A stretch of 64,000 nt of DNA. It comes from a bacterium (GTDB lineage: Bacteria; UBA8248). A program made the position numbers and the translations under genes. Positions within the stretch are counted from its first letter, which is position 1. Each line of letters opens with the position of its first letter. Shown here piece after piece: positions 10,001 through 18,635 of the stretch. The notes beneath the pieces were generated by a model. The model had not been told where the DNA came from. It worked only from the letters and a program-made list of their open reading frames with translations, and made no database searches. The stretch is from assembly GCA_965207065.1 (NCBI GenBank), contig OZ242260.1:3744001-3808000 (forward strand), in the 5' to 3' direction.

Positions 10001-10476
10001 TGCGTTATGAGGGAAGCGGCGAAAATCTATCCGAACAGGAGAAAATCATGCTCTCGACCATCGAAAAAGCCTTGTTCCTGAAAGGCGTCAACATGTTCGA
10101 GACGATGAGCGCGGATGAACTGAAAATACTGAGCAACATTTCCAGGGAAATTCAGATAGAGGCGGGAAAGGTTCTTTTCGAGCAGGGAGACCCCTGCGAT
10201 TACCTCTATGTCATCGTGGATGGGGAAATAGAGATCATCCTCAACCAGGAGAGCGGGGAACCCAGGATTCTCGCCACGCTCGCCCCCCCGAACTCGTTCG
10301 GTGAAATCGCGCTGTTTGGCGATGAGGGAAGAAGCGCAGGCGCGCGCGCGAGCCGGGACACCTCACTGCTGGGCATCGAAAAAGAACCTCTTCTCGAACT
10401 GATCCACGAGCACCCGACCATCTCCATCGCCATCATCGGCCAGCTCGCCGGCATCATCAGAAGCCAGAACGAATAG
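7066..10476 (+). CDS. NTT/TLC-like MFS transporter fused to HEAT repeats and a C-terminal cNMP-binding domain
   Basis: About 12 hydrophobic segments (SEALFLSEVG, LQSKRLVPII); PEVRARAVE/VREAA repeats; FEQGDPCDYLYVIVDG..FGEIALF..RSA. Confidence 0.85.
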   Translation: MIDMAKLLKKAFNIQEEELLVFSVFFFFYFLIGVQFSIGLTVSEALFLSEVGPGFLPYMYIFNALMIIFISTFYSSLTEKLSIPAMFKTVLIFFIALVFGIKLLIFADFRAYAMPIAFPLLHTLFVMFTNMLPNNFRALYGQYLDVLQSKRLVPIILTGGRYGGIVGGLAIPLLIPVLGSVSNLLYIWIGAIVVSIGVVQYAEWRLRDHLIEDAGPKKRKTTKKTASKGGNLALMKSNKYVCAFALFSFIVVILRSFQDFQYSLIFREVYPDRAQLASFLGYFTAIGSAFSLLVQTFITPRIIKRLGLGTANLLYPLTTIIGLAGMAISPGFYSAVFLRFNNKNLQESIRNAINALLYNAVSPSIRARVGAFVAGQVVAVASIVSGVTLLIIKPTGLALFPLSAGQLALISLFIAFAYLATGFFVRHEYGAALRRMLEERNLGLFRYAQEGYGPVDDENMAILRKNIREGDDDLSVFTAQMMAESGRSETSQIILEEVPRRKGHAAAELLKILAKAPGAEVGEKIRPLLEEYLTCEEPVLQCAAMDAAESIGLTEETAELVHENLESGSPEVRARAVELLVRSDDLFWLANGLQTLHRMLNEEDAAARVCALRCMGELQNPRFIKRLIPYLYQNEEKVREAALEAIEVLAMNQGVDEESMDEVIRVTTSDESAAIRRRGVRQLGNKGTRENFERALTALSDVDSLVRREAVESLKNMKRKGTLSLEGSGLVSFIAPLLFKSAKNGSREMSEQEIVDSLSGFAVEHLKEVYDVINHLHVIERRENVSAFTMLRKALEDVVAERQLVLLELLGVIGDEKTVDTVSESLSRGGSSSRAIAIETLSNFSSTGNTRLLILALEPLLLGRSTADKVSEGRKLWEIPEKSIDEVLTTYMDSENAWLEAIAVDAAGKHLAGEADGETASRRAQFKERATEGDPYVREAAVAALRIIKKDEDDVVSLFRTLENDESQQVRLQVRRELLRYEGSGENLSEQEKIMLSTIEKALFLKGVNMFETMSADELKILSNISREIQIEAGKVLFEQGDPCDYLYVIVDGEIEIILNQESGEPRILATLAPPNSFGEIALFGDEGRSAGARASRDTSLLGIEKEPLLELIHEHPTISIAIIGQLAGIIRSQNE

Positions 10477-10601
10477 CTTGGGGCAAGACGACGCGCCGCA
10501 TGAGCGCCCGATGTCTTCATCGTGAACCACATCTTGTTTTCCGCATATTCTCCCCGTCTGGAGGCGGGTATACGTTGCATTGAAACTACCCCCTTTTAAG
10601 G

Positions 10602-10630
10602 TTGACGCCCGCCCTGCCCGTACCTATAAT
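10602..10630 (+). promoter_or_regulatory. Sigma70-type promoter of the multiheme cytochrome c gene
   Basis: TTGACG-17 bp-TATAAT. Confidence 0.75.
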
Positions 10631-10677
10631 CAGCCGGATTTTAGCCAAGAAACCCGGAATTTCCGCTCAGAACGCCG

Positions 10678-13626
10678 GTGGGGGAGCGTTTTTTCAAGAT
10701 GCAAGGTCGAGACTTCAAGCCTCCGGAAGAGAAAACCAGTCCAATCACGTTTTTCATCCTAGGCCTCATCATGGTCGCGGTGACGTTTTGGACCGTCTGG
10801 GACGAAGCGTTCACGCGCAGACCCTGGAAGCAATACCAGAAACAGTTCAACGCCTATGAAAGAACCCAGGTAGAGAAAGAACTCGCCAGTCTCAAGAAAA
10901 CCACGGGTTCCGCGGTCGCCGACCTCGACAAGAAAATCGCCGCGCAACAACAAAAACTCGCCACAGACGAAGAACTCAAACAACTCAAGGACGAACTCAC
11001 GAAAAGCGAGTTGGACGCTTTCGAGAAAGTGCAGGAGCTGGCCTTCAGAAAAGCGCTTTTCGATCAGTCCTACTTCTATCTTCAGGAAGCCATCCGGCAG
11101 GGACACGATAAAGAAGCCGAGCAAAAGGAAGTCGACGAAGCCAAGGCCCTGCTCGATGAGATAACACCCATCGCGGCGAAAGCCGAAGCTGCCAGAGACG
11201 CGATAAAGGCGAAGATTGAGGCCAAAGAAAAAGAGTTGAAAACGCTCGAAGCGACGAGACGAAAAGTGGCGGGCGATATTTCCTTCCAGGAGCGCCGGCT
11301 GAAAGGCATCGCCGCCCGCCCCTATGAAATCAGCCAACTCGTCCTTCGCGAATACGAACGCAACAATTTCAACGAACCCGTGATGAAAGTCGAACGGTGC
11401 CAGACCTGTCACCTGGGCATCAACAGGGCGGGCTTCGAGGATGCGCCCCAGCCGTTCCGCACGCATCCCAACAGACGCCTGTATCTCTCGACGCACGAAT
11501 TCAACAAGGTCGGCTGCACGCTTTGCCACGGCGGCCAGGGAACGGCCGTCACCAGCCTCAATACGGCCCACGGCTATGTGCAATTCTGGGAAGACCCCCT
11601 CCTCCGCGGCAGCGAAACGCAAACCAAGTGCAGAAGCTGCCACACCGAGATATTCAACATTCCCGAAGCGCCCAAAATCTCGCGCGGCATCTCGCTCACC
11701 CGGGAACTCGGATGCAACGGCTGCCACACCCTCCCGGGCACGGAAGGCCTGCGCAAGGTGGGGCCGGACCTCTCGAGAATCCAGGAGAAAGTGGCGCCCG
11801 CCTGGCTCGTCTCCTGGGTCAAAAGGCCGAAAGACTACAACCCGCGCACCCGGATGCCCTATTTCAGCCTGACGGACCAGGACGCGCTGGACATCGCCAC
11901 ATACGTCTGGCGGCAGGGCCCGCGCAAGGTGGAATCGGCCGAGTTCCCGAATCTGGACGACGCCTCTCTGATACAAAAAGGAAAATCCGTATTCGAAGAC
12001 GTCGGTTGTCTGGGCTGTCACATCCGCAACGAAAAAGATGCGGAACCCGGGCCCCCGCTCGAGGGCGTGAACGGCAGGCCCCTCGTGTACAGGAACCGCG
12101 ATTTCGCGCCGGCGCTTCAGAACATCGGCGCCAAGGTCCAGCCCGACTGGCTGTTCCGGTGGCTGAAAAACCCGAAGGCGTACTGGCATGACACCAAGAT
12201 GCCGAGCCTTCGACTCACGGATGAGGAGGCGAGCGCGGTCACCTCGTATCTCATCAGCCTCACGCCCGCCTCGAAGCGGCCCAAACCCCGGAAGCTGGGC
12301 GATGAGGCCTCCTTTGAGCGCGGCAAGAAACTCGTGGCGACGCGCGGTTGTTTCGGCTGCCACGTCATCCCCGGCACCGAGAAACTCTCGAAAATCGGGC
12401 CGGACCTGACACGATTCGCCGCCAAAAAACCGTTCGAACTATCGTTCGGCAACGTGGTGGATATGCCCCACACATGGGAATCCTGGACCTTCGGGAAGCT
12501 CAAAAACCCGCAACTCTACCAGACAGAGCGCGAGACGCTGCTCATGCCGAACTTCGAATTCTCGGACGCGGAAGTCTCCTCCATTCGCACCCTGCTGCGC
12601 TCCATGACGCCGCACGGCGCGCCGCACAGCGTCCACCAGGTGCTCGACACGCGCGCCCGGCGAATCGAAAACGGCCGCCGGATGATCGAGAAATACAACT
12701 GCAACGGCTGCCACGTCATCGAGAATTGGGGCGGCGACCTCCTCAGGCGCTATGAAGACAAGACGAACGGCCCGCCACTGCTGAACGGCGAGGGCAGAAA
12801 AGTCCAGCCCGATTGGTTCTTCGGCTTCCTGCGCAACGTCGTGACGCTGAGGCCATGGCTCAAGGTGCGGATGCCCAGCTTCCAGATGCCCGACGAAGAC
12901 GCCGCGGCACTCGTGGACTACTTCGCCGCGCTGGACTCGAAACTGAACCCCTACATCCATTTCGACGCCAAGAGCGTGAGCGCGGAAAACTACAAGGCCG
13001 GAAAGCAACTCTTCGAGATGGCCGAATGTCTGGCCTGTCATGGCGCATGGCCGCCTCCGCCGGGGCAGGAGCCACCGACGGCGCCGAACCTCTCGTTCGC
13101 CAAGAATCGCCTGCGTCCCGACTGGGTAGTCGACTGGCTGATATATCCGGGCAGAATCCAGCCCGGAACCAAGATGCCGAATTTCTTCGAGGGCGCGGGT
13201 TCAGTGGCCGATATCGTCAAGGGCGTCCAGGGAGAGAAGGAAGACGACCTGTTCATCTACGAGCTCGAAGCCACCAAGGAAGTCGAATTGCCGGAAGAGC
13301 AATTCGCCACCCTGCGGGTCGGAGGCGCTACCCACCTCGTGAAGGTAACGGAAATCGATGAAAAGAAAATGACCATCTCCTCGCCCACCGATCTCGGAAA
13401 GAGCATCGGCAAAGCGACGATAGAGAGCCACGGCGAGCCCATCGACGAGGAACTCCTCGGGGGAGACGCGTACCGGCAAATCCGCGCGATGCGCGATTAC
13501 ATGATGATCGAGACGAATTTCCTCAAACCCGCTGAGTCCAGCGCGAAGAACGAGGCGCCTCAAACGGATAAACCCGAAAAAGAAGCCGAGAACAAACAGA
13601 CAGATAGCGACGCATCGCCTGGCTAG
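10678..13626 (+). CDS. Membrane-anchored octaheme c-type cytochrome (likely partner of the Rieske/cyt b complex)
   Basis: Eight CxxCH motifs (CQTCH, CTLCH, CRSCH, CNGCH, CLGCH, CFGCH, CNGCH, CLACH); N-terminal TM plus coiled coil; repeated GP.L..W..P....MP units. Confidence 0.9.
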   Translation: MGERFFKMQGRDFKPPEEKTSPITFFILGLIMVAVTFWTVWDEAFTRRPWKQYQKQFNAYERTQVEKELASLKKTTGSAVADLDKKIAAQQQKLATDEELKQLKDELTKSELDAFEKVQELAFRKALFDQSYFYLQEAIRQGHDKEAEQKEVDEAKALLDEITPIAAKAEAARDAIKAKIEAKEKELKTLEATRRKVAGDISFQERRLKGIAARPYEISQLVLREYERNNFNEPVMKVERCQTCHLGINRAGFEDAPQPFRTHPNRRLYLSTHEFNKVGCTLCHGGQGTAVTSLNTAHGYVQFWEDPLLRGSETQTKCRSCHTEIFNIPEAPKISRGISLTRELGCNGCHTLPGTEGLRKVGPDLSRIQEKVAPAWLVSWVKRPKDYNPRTRMPYFSLTDQDALDIATYVWRQGPRKVESAEFPNLDDASLIQKGKSVFEDVGCLGCHIRNEKDAEPGPPLEGVNGRPLVYRNRDFAPALQNIGAKVQPDWLFRWLKNPKAYWHDTKMPSLRLTDEEASAVTSYLISLTPASKRPKPRKLGDEASFERGKKLVATRGCFGCHVIPGTEKLSKIGPDLTRFAAKKPFELSFGNVVDMPHTWESWTFGKLKNPQLYQTERETLLMPNFEFSDAEVSSIRTLLRSMTPHGAPHSVHQVLDTRARRIENGRRMIEKYNCNGCHVIENWGGDLLRRYEDKTNGPPLLNGEGRKVQPDWFFGFLRNVVTLRPWLKVRMPSFQMPDEDAAALVDYFAALDSKLNPYIHFDAKSVSAENYKAGKQLFEMAECLACHGAWPPPPGQEPPTAPNLSFAKNRLRPDWVVDWLIYPGRIQPGTKMPNFFEGAGSVADIVKGVQGEKEDDLFIYELEATKEVELPEEQFATLRVGGATHLVKVTEIDEKKMTISSPTDLGKSIGKATIESHGEPIDEELLGGDAYRQIRAMRDYMMIETNFLKPAESSAKNEAPQTDKPEKEAENKQTDSDASPG

Positions 13627-13648
13627 GTTTTAACATTCCACATAAAAC

Positions 13649-13677
13649 AAGCGCCTCGAACGGGGCGCTTTTTTTAT
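13649..13677 (+). terminator. Rho-independent terminator between the convergent cytochrome c and nfi genes
   Basis: aagcgcctc-gaac-ggggcgctt followed by a T run. Confidence 0.75.
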
Positions 13678-14363
13678 GCTCTTTTCCGCTTCTTCCGCTC
13701 CTCACCCACGCGCCTGTGGGCCGCGCGTATCACCTCGGGGAGGCGGAATCTGGAAGTGGCCGCAAGCACCCAATGGAGCGAATCTTCGATGTCGATAAGG
13801 TGGCCGGGAGAAACGTACACGGGCTTCACGCCCCGCCTCGTCCTGAGAACGGCGCCTATCTCCAGCCCATCGGGTGAGCGCAGGTATCGCCAATCGCCCT
13901 TCTCCTCTCCCGGCGGTTCGGCCGCTTCGCCGAACAAGCGGCTCTTGGCGCACCCGATGGAAGGCACGCCCAGCCGAAGGCCCAGGTGCGAGGCGATGCC
14001 GAATCCCCTGGGATGGGCCGTGCCCTGACCGTCGAAGATGATGAGGTCCGGTTTTTCCCTCAATCCCAGAAATGCTTCTTCGAGCAAAAACCCTTCCCGG
14101 AAAGAGAGCAGCCCCGGCACGTAGGGGAACCGCAAATCTCCGCCGTAGAATGATTCGTCGATGAGCTGCATATCCGGCCAGGAGAAAACGACCATGCCCC
14201 CGACGCCGAAGCGGCCGCGCCACTCGCATGAGATATCGGCGCCCGCAATCGTTTTCGGCGCGGCGGACAACGGATGCAGGGCCAGGTGTTTTTCAAGCGC
14301 TTTTTGGAGCCGAACCGCTTCGGAGGGCGCGATCTCCCAGGAATGATGGAGCGAGTCGGTCAT
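13674..14363 (-). CDS. nfi: Endonuclease V (deoxyinosine 3' endonuclease)
   Basis: GADIS, FPYVPGLLSFRE, DGQGTAHPRGFGIASHLG, GCAKSRL, PVYVSPGH, RLPE. Confidence 0.95.
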   Translation of the reverse strand: MTDSLHHSWEIAPSEAVRLQKALEKHLALHPLSAAPKTIAGADISCEWRGRFGVGGMVVFSWPDMQLIDESFYGGDLRFPYVPGLLSFREGFLLEEAFLGLREKPDLIIFDGQGTAHPRGFGIASHLGLRLGVPSIGCAKSRLFGEAAEPPGEEKGDWRYLRSPDGLEIGAVLRTRRGVKPVYVSPGHLIDIEDSLHWVLAATSRFRLPEVIRAAHRRVGEERKKRKRA

Positions 14364-14470
14364 GAATCCGCTATCGATCCTTGAAGGGGCGAGTGGCTAA
14401 CGGCGTCATTCGCCTCGGTGATGAGACGATGGGGATGCGCGCCATTACGCCGAGACGGCGGGAAAGAGAC

Positions 14471-16771
14471 CTACTCCGTGGGAATCTGCGGAACCTTCCC
14501 CTTGACCGGGGCCACCTCGGGTGCGATGCGGTTGACGGAGTAGATATATTTTTCGCCGCGAACCTTCTTGACGACTTCATTGAGTTGGGCCAGATCATGC
14601 ACCTGAACGTCCAGACGAATCTTCGCCCTGCTCCCGGAGGTCTCGGCCTCGACACGCGAGATGTTCGCATCACAGGTCGCGATGTCGGCGCTCAGGCTCG
14701 CCAGCACGCCCGGCCTGTCGCGCGCCTCGATGACGAGCGTCACCAGGTGCATCTGATCCTTGTCGACTTCCCCCCAGGAAACCTCCACCAGGCGCTCCTG
14801 ATCGTCCATCAGCGCCTTGATGTTGGGACAATTCTCGTTGTGCACCGTCACGCCGCGTCCGCGCGTGATGAAACCCACGATCCCGTCGCCCGGAATCGGC
14901 TGGCAGCATTTCCCGTAACGGATCAAAACGTCGTCCTGGCCTTTGACGAGGATGCCCGATTTGTTCTTGTGGCGGCTCACGCGGTTCACGAGGCGCCTGA
15001 GGCGGGAGTTCTCCCGCTTTTCCCGCTCGCGCACGAGTTGTTCGGGCAACAGCTTGTGCACCACCTGCCGCGCGGATACGCGACCGAAGCCAATCGACGT
15101 CAGCAAGTCTTCATCGCTCTGAACCCCGAAGGAGCGCGCCACCTGCTGCAGCTCCCCGGGCTTCATGTATCCCTCGACTTCCTTCTTCTCCACGCATCGC
15201 TCCAGCTCATGTTCGAGCAACTCATGGCCGAGCGTGAGGGAGCGCTCTTTCTGTTCCTGCCTGATCCAGTTTCTGATTTTCTGCTTCGCCCGGGCGGTGA
15301 CGACGAACTTCAGCCAGTCCGCACTGGGCCTGCGGTGCGGATTCGTGATGATCTCGACGATGTCGCCGTTCTCGAGCAGCGTGCTGAGCGGCGTGATTTT
15401 TCCGTTCACCTTCACGCCTACGCAACGGCTCCCCACTTCCGTATGGATGGAGAAAGCGTAATCCACCGGTGTCGCCCCGCGCGGAAGGCTCTTCACCTCA
15501 CCCCGGGGCGTAAAGACGAACACCTCGTCCTGAAACAGATTCACCTTGACGGAGTCGACCAGATTCCTGGGGTCGGACTCCTCGTTCAGGCTTTCCACGA
15601 TTCTCCTGATCCACTCGAATTTGTCGGCCATGCCGTCGTCGGCCTCATCGCCCCCCTTGTACTTCCAGTGCGCGGCGATGCCCTCCTCCGCCACCCGGTG
15701 CATTTCCCTGGTGCGAATCTGGAACTCCACCCTCTGGCCCTCCGGCCCCACCACGGTGGTGTGAAGAGACTGATACAGATTCGCCTTGGGGAGTGCGATG
15801 TAGTCCTTGAAGCGGCCGGGGATGGGCGTCCATTTCGAGTGCAGGACGCCTAATACCGCGTAACAATCCTTCATGGAATCCACGATGATTCTTACGCCGC
15901 AAATGTCATACACCTGATGGAAATCGAGGTTTTGCGTCTGCATTTTCTCATAGATGCTGGAGTGGAGCTTGAACCTGGCGGACGCGGCGCCGTCGACGCC
16001 TTCGAGTTCCAGGCTCTCCTTCACCTGCTCGATGATCAGTTCCATGTATGCTTCGCGATCCTTGAGGCCGTCCCGGAGCATCTCGTCGATTTCGATAAAT
16101 TCCTTGGGATGCAGGTGCTTGAACGCCACGTCCTCGAGTGCTCCCTTGAGCCATCCGATGCCGATGCGATTGGCGAGCGGCGCGTATATTTCCGCGGTCT
16201 CCCGCGCAATGCGTTCTCTGCTTTTCTGGGGGAGGTGGTGGAGCGTCAGCGCGTTGTGGAGCCTGTCGGCGAGTTTGATGATGATGACGCGAATATCCTT
16301 CGCCATGGCGATCAGCATCTTGCGGTAGCTTTCCGCCTGGCGAACCTGTGTGTTCGAGACGTCGATCTTGGCGAGCTTCGTGACGCCGTCCACGAGTTCG
16401 GCGACGTCATGTCCGAAATGCTCGTCAACTTCCTTGAGCGTCGTGGCGGTGTCCTCCACGGTGTCATGGAGAAGCCCCGCGCATACGGTCTCGGGGTCCT
16501 GGCGCAACTCCGCCAGAAGCCGGGCCACTTCCAACGGGTGGGATATGTAGGGTTCGCCGGAAATGCGGGATTGTCCCTTATGGACCTTCGCCGTGAAGAT
16601 ATATGCTTTGGTGAGCAGATCCGAGCAGTCGGGCGAGTAATCCTCGACCAGATCGACGATGTCCATGATCCGGGCGGGAGGGCGTGACGTCAAAACTGGA
16701 GGCAACGAATTTCCTCCTCTTTCGACTTGCTCGGCCTGATGACGAAAAAGAGCAAAATCAGACCCTTGCAA
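14471..16771 (-). CDS. Bifunctional (p)ppGpp synthetase/hydrolase, RelA/SpoT family (true start probably downstream of 16771)
   Basis: Intact HD motif LLHDTVED, KLADRLHN, GRFKDYI, YQSLHT, EFQIRT, TGS and ACT domains. Confidence 0.95.
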   Translation of the reverse strand: MQGSDFALFRHQAEQVERGGNSLPPVLTSRPPARIMDIVDLVEDYSPDCSDLLTKAYIFTAKVHKGQSRISGEPYISHPLEVARLLAELRQDPETVCAGLLHDTVEDTATTLKEVDEHFGHDVAELVDGVTKLAKIDVSNTQVRQAESYRKMLIAMAKDIRVIIIKLADRLHNALTLHHLPQKSRERIARETAEIYAPLANRIGIGWLKGALEDVAFKHLHPKEFIEIDEMLRDGLKDREAYMELIIEQVKESLELEGVDGAASARFKLHSSIYEKMQTQNLDFHQVYDICGVRIIVDSMKDCYAVLGVLHSKWTPIPGRFKDYIALPKANLYQSLHTTVVGPEGQRVEFQIRTREMHRVAEEGIAAHWKYKGGDEADDGMADKFEWIRRIVESLNEESDPRNLVDSVKVNLFQDEVFVFTPRGEVKSLPRGATPVDYAFSIHTEVGSRCVGVKVNGKITPLSTLLENGDIVEIITNPHRRPSADWLKFVVTARAKQKIRNWIRQEQKERSLTLGHELLEHELERCVEKKEVEGYMKPGELQQVARSFGVQSDEDLLTSIGFGRVSARQVVHKLLPEQLVREREKRENSRLRRLVNRVSRHKNKSGILVKGQDDVLIRYGKCCQPIPGDGIVGFITRGRGVTVHNENCPNIKALMDDQERLVEVSWGEVDKDQMHLVTLVIEARDRPGVLASLSADIATCDANISRVEAETSGSRAKIRLDVQVHDLAQLNEVVKKVRGEKYIYSVNRIAPEVAPVKGKVPQIPTE

Positions 16772-16836
16772 TGATTATGGGCCTCTTGCAAAGGAAACGC
16801 TACCTGAGCGCCGATATAGCGTCAAGGAGTTCGCCC

Positions 16837-16870
16837 AAAAAAAGACTCCCCCGATGCCGGGGGAGTCTGG
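16837..16870 (-). terminator. Terminator after the ferredoxin gene
   Basis: agactcccc..ggggagtct hairpin with an A run on the plus strand. Confidence 0.65.
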
Positions 16871-16887
16871 ATGTGAAATGTCTCGTC

Positions 16888-17367
16888 TTAATATGCGCGC
16901 AGTGGCGAGGTGACGAACTCGTGCATGAACGGCGTCATGTACTCGGATTCGTCGTCGTGCTTGGGCACGATTATCGCTCCCTTGTTGCAAATCTCCTCGC
17001 ACAGACGACAGCCGACGCAGGTGGACTGATCCACCACGGCCACCGCGCTGTGGTCGCGCTCCACCGAAGACGGCGCCATGCGGATGCAGTCGAACGGGCA
17101 GACGTCCACGCACCAGATGCAGCCCGTGCAGTTTTCCTCGAGCACGAACGCCTTGGGCATTTCCTTGTGCTTGATGTTCTTGATGATGTCGCCCATATCG
17201 TCCTGAATGGCGAAAGCCGGGCAATACTTGCCGCACACGCCGCAATCGATGCAGAGCGTGGGGTCGATCATGTAGATATCGCGCGGCTCGCCCGTGATGG
17301 CTTTCGTGGGGCAGACGGGTTCGCATACCGAACACCCGATGCAAGCGTCAAAAATGAAATGGGGCAT
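16888..17367 (-). CDS. Polyferredoxin with four [4Fe-4S] motifs
   Basis: CIGCSVCEPVCP, CIDCGVCGKYCP, CTGCIWCVDVCP, CVGCRLCEEICN; start taken at MPHF. Confidence 0.9.
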   Translation of the reverse strand: MPHFIFDACIGCSVCEPVCPTKAITGEPRDIYMIDPTLCIDCGVCGKYCPAFAIQDDMGDIIKNIKHKEMPKAFVLEENCTGCIWCVDVCPFDCIRMAPSSVERDHSAVAVVDQSTCVGCRLCEEICNKGAIIVPKHDDESEYMTPFMHEFVTSPLRAY

Positions 17368-17609
17368 AACCGCGCCTCTTTTCTGACTCGATTCAGAATG
17401 GGCGACCCGCCGGAAGAAATTACATCCCGGCGAAATCCTTTCGATTAAATAGATATATCCATTCCGCACGCCGGTTGTCAAGGCGTTCTGCAGGTGAAAT
17501 ACCTTCAAATTCAGGAGCGAAACTCTTGAATCTCTTGCCCTCGGCCCGGATTTGCGTCAGAATGCGGGCGTAACATTTTTATCACCAATTCGACTGAAAA
17601 GGATTCGAG

Positions 17610-17777
17610 ATGGAAAATTTCCTGCTCATTCTGACAAAACCCGACAACATCCCCATCGCGTTCATGATTCCCCTGGTTGGGTTTTTCGTCTGGCTGGCAA
17701 TCGCTCAGGGCCTCAGACACGACAAACTCATCAAAAAGGGGAAAAAAGACGACGTATACGACGAGATGATCCGATAA
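17610..17777 (+). CDS. 55-aa single-TM protein (KPDNIPI type), missing from the ORF track
   Basis: MENFLLILTKPDNIPIAFMIPLVGFFVWLAIAQGLRHDKLIKKGKKDDVYDEMIR*, with aagga upstream. Confidence 0.75.
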   Translation: MENFLLILTKPDNIPIAFMIPLVGFFVWLAIAQGLRHDKLIKKGKKDDVYDEMIR

Positions 17778-17892
17778 GCGCCTTGGGCTTCACTCACTCC
17801 CACATCAATACCTCCAGTGCATGGGACCTTGAATCCTTGATGGTCGGCCGCGGCTCGATGCCTTCGTTCTCACCCGTATTCTGGAGGCCGAC

Positions 17893-18405
17893 TTGCTAGA
17901 ACTCATCTTCGTCGCGCTCTTCCTGGGATTCATCACCATATTGTTCGTCAAGAGAACGACCTCGAACATCGCGCTCGAAGCGGATGCGGAGAAGACCAGA
18001 AACGATTCGGAAATCGAATCCCTGCGCCAGATGTCTCCTCAGGTGTTCGAGCGCATGCTCATCGAACTGCTCGAAGGCATGAACATGCGCATCGTGGAGG
18101 TCCACTGGGTCAACGAGGAGGAAATCGACATCCTCGCGCACAACCCCGCGCCCATTCTCGGGGGCGACTACATCATCCACGGCATACTCGTGCCGGAGGG
18201 CGACTTCGTGAACTCGATACGGGTCATCGGCCTCTCCGACACCGTGCGCGCCGAGCGGGCCCTGAAGGGAATCCTTGTATCGACGGGATACTTCACCGAA
18301 GAGGTGCAGAAATACTCCGAAGGCGCTCCGATGGAGCTCATCAACGTCGCGAAGCTCCGCGAGATACTCCACGCCCACGACATGGCCTGGCCTGGCGCGG
18401 AGTAA
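17893..18405 (+). CDS. Membrane-anchored Mrr-like restriction-endonuclease-fold protein
   Basis: GGAGG RBS before TTG; N-terminal TM; MSPQVFERMLIELL..IDILA..KGILVSTGYFT..MELI. Confidence 0.75.
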   Translation: MLELIFVALFLGFITILFVKRTTSNIALEADAEKTRNDSEIESLRQMSPQVFERMLIELLEGMNMRIVEVHWVNEEEIDILAHNPAPILGGDYIIHGILVPEGDFVNSIRVIGLSDTVRAERALKGILVSTGYFTEEVQKYSEGAPMELINVAKLREILHAHDMAWPGAE

Positions 18406-18459
18406 GGCTCATATCCAAGCAAATGATTACGTAAGTAGGGAAATCGCGCGATAAACACC

Positions 18460-18537
18460 TAGGGACAGGCTCCCGTGCCTGTCCAGCCGTTGCGCCATCC
18501 CATCCATAAAGGACAACCACGAGGGGTTGTCCCCTAC
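18460..18537. repeat. GTAG-type REP doublet
   Basis: tagggacaggc..gcctgtcc paired with ggacaacc..ggttgtcccctac. Confidence 0.75.
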
Positions 18538-18635
18538 CTTTTAATACAGAAACTTAACCACGCAACTCCACTCCTGTATGATCGCCTTGCAAGCACCGCT
18601 TAGAGTAAAATCCGGAGAAGGTGGAGGGCATGACC

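Noticed and set aside
10759-12363. 534-aa minus-strand ORF, and similar long antisense ORFs (313-1614, 14381-15853, 49446-50666, 56703-57833)
   Set aside because: They overlap well-supported genes on the opposite strand and lack recognisable domains
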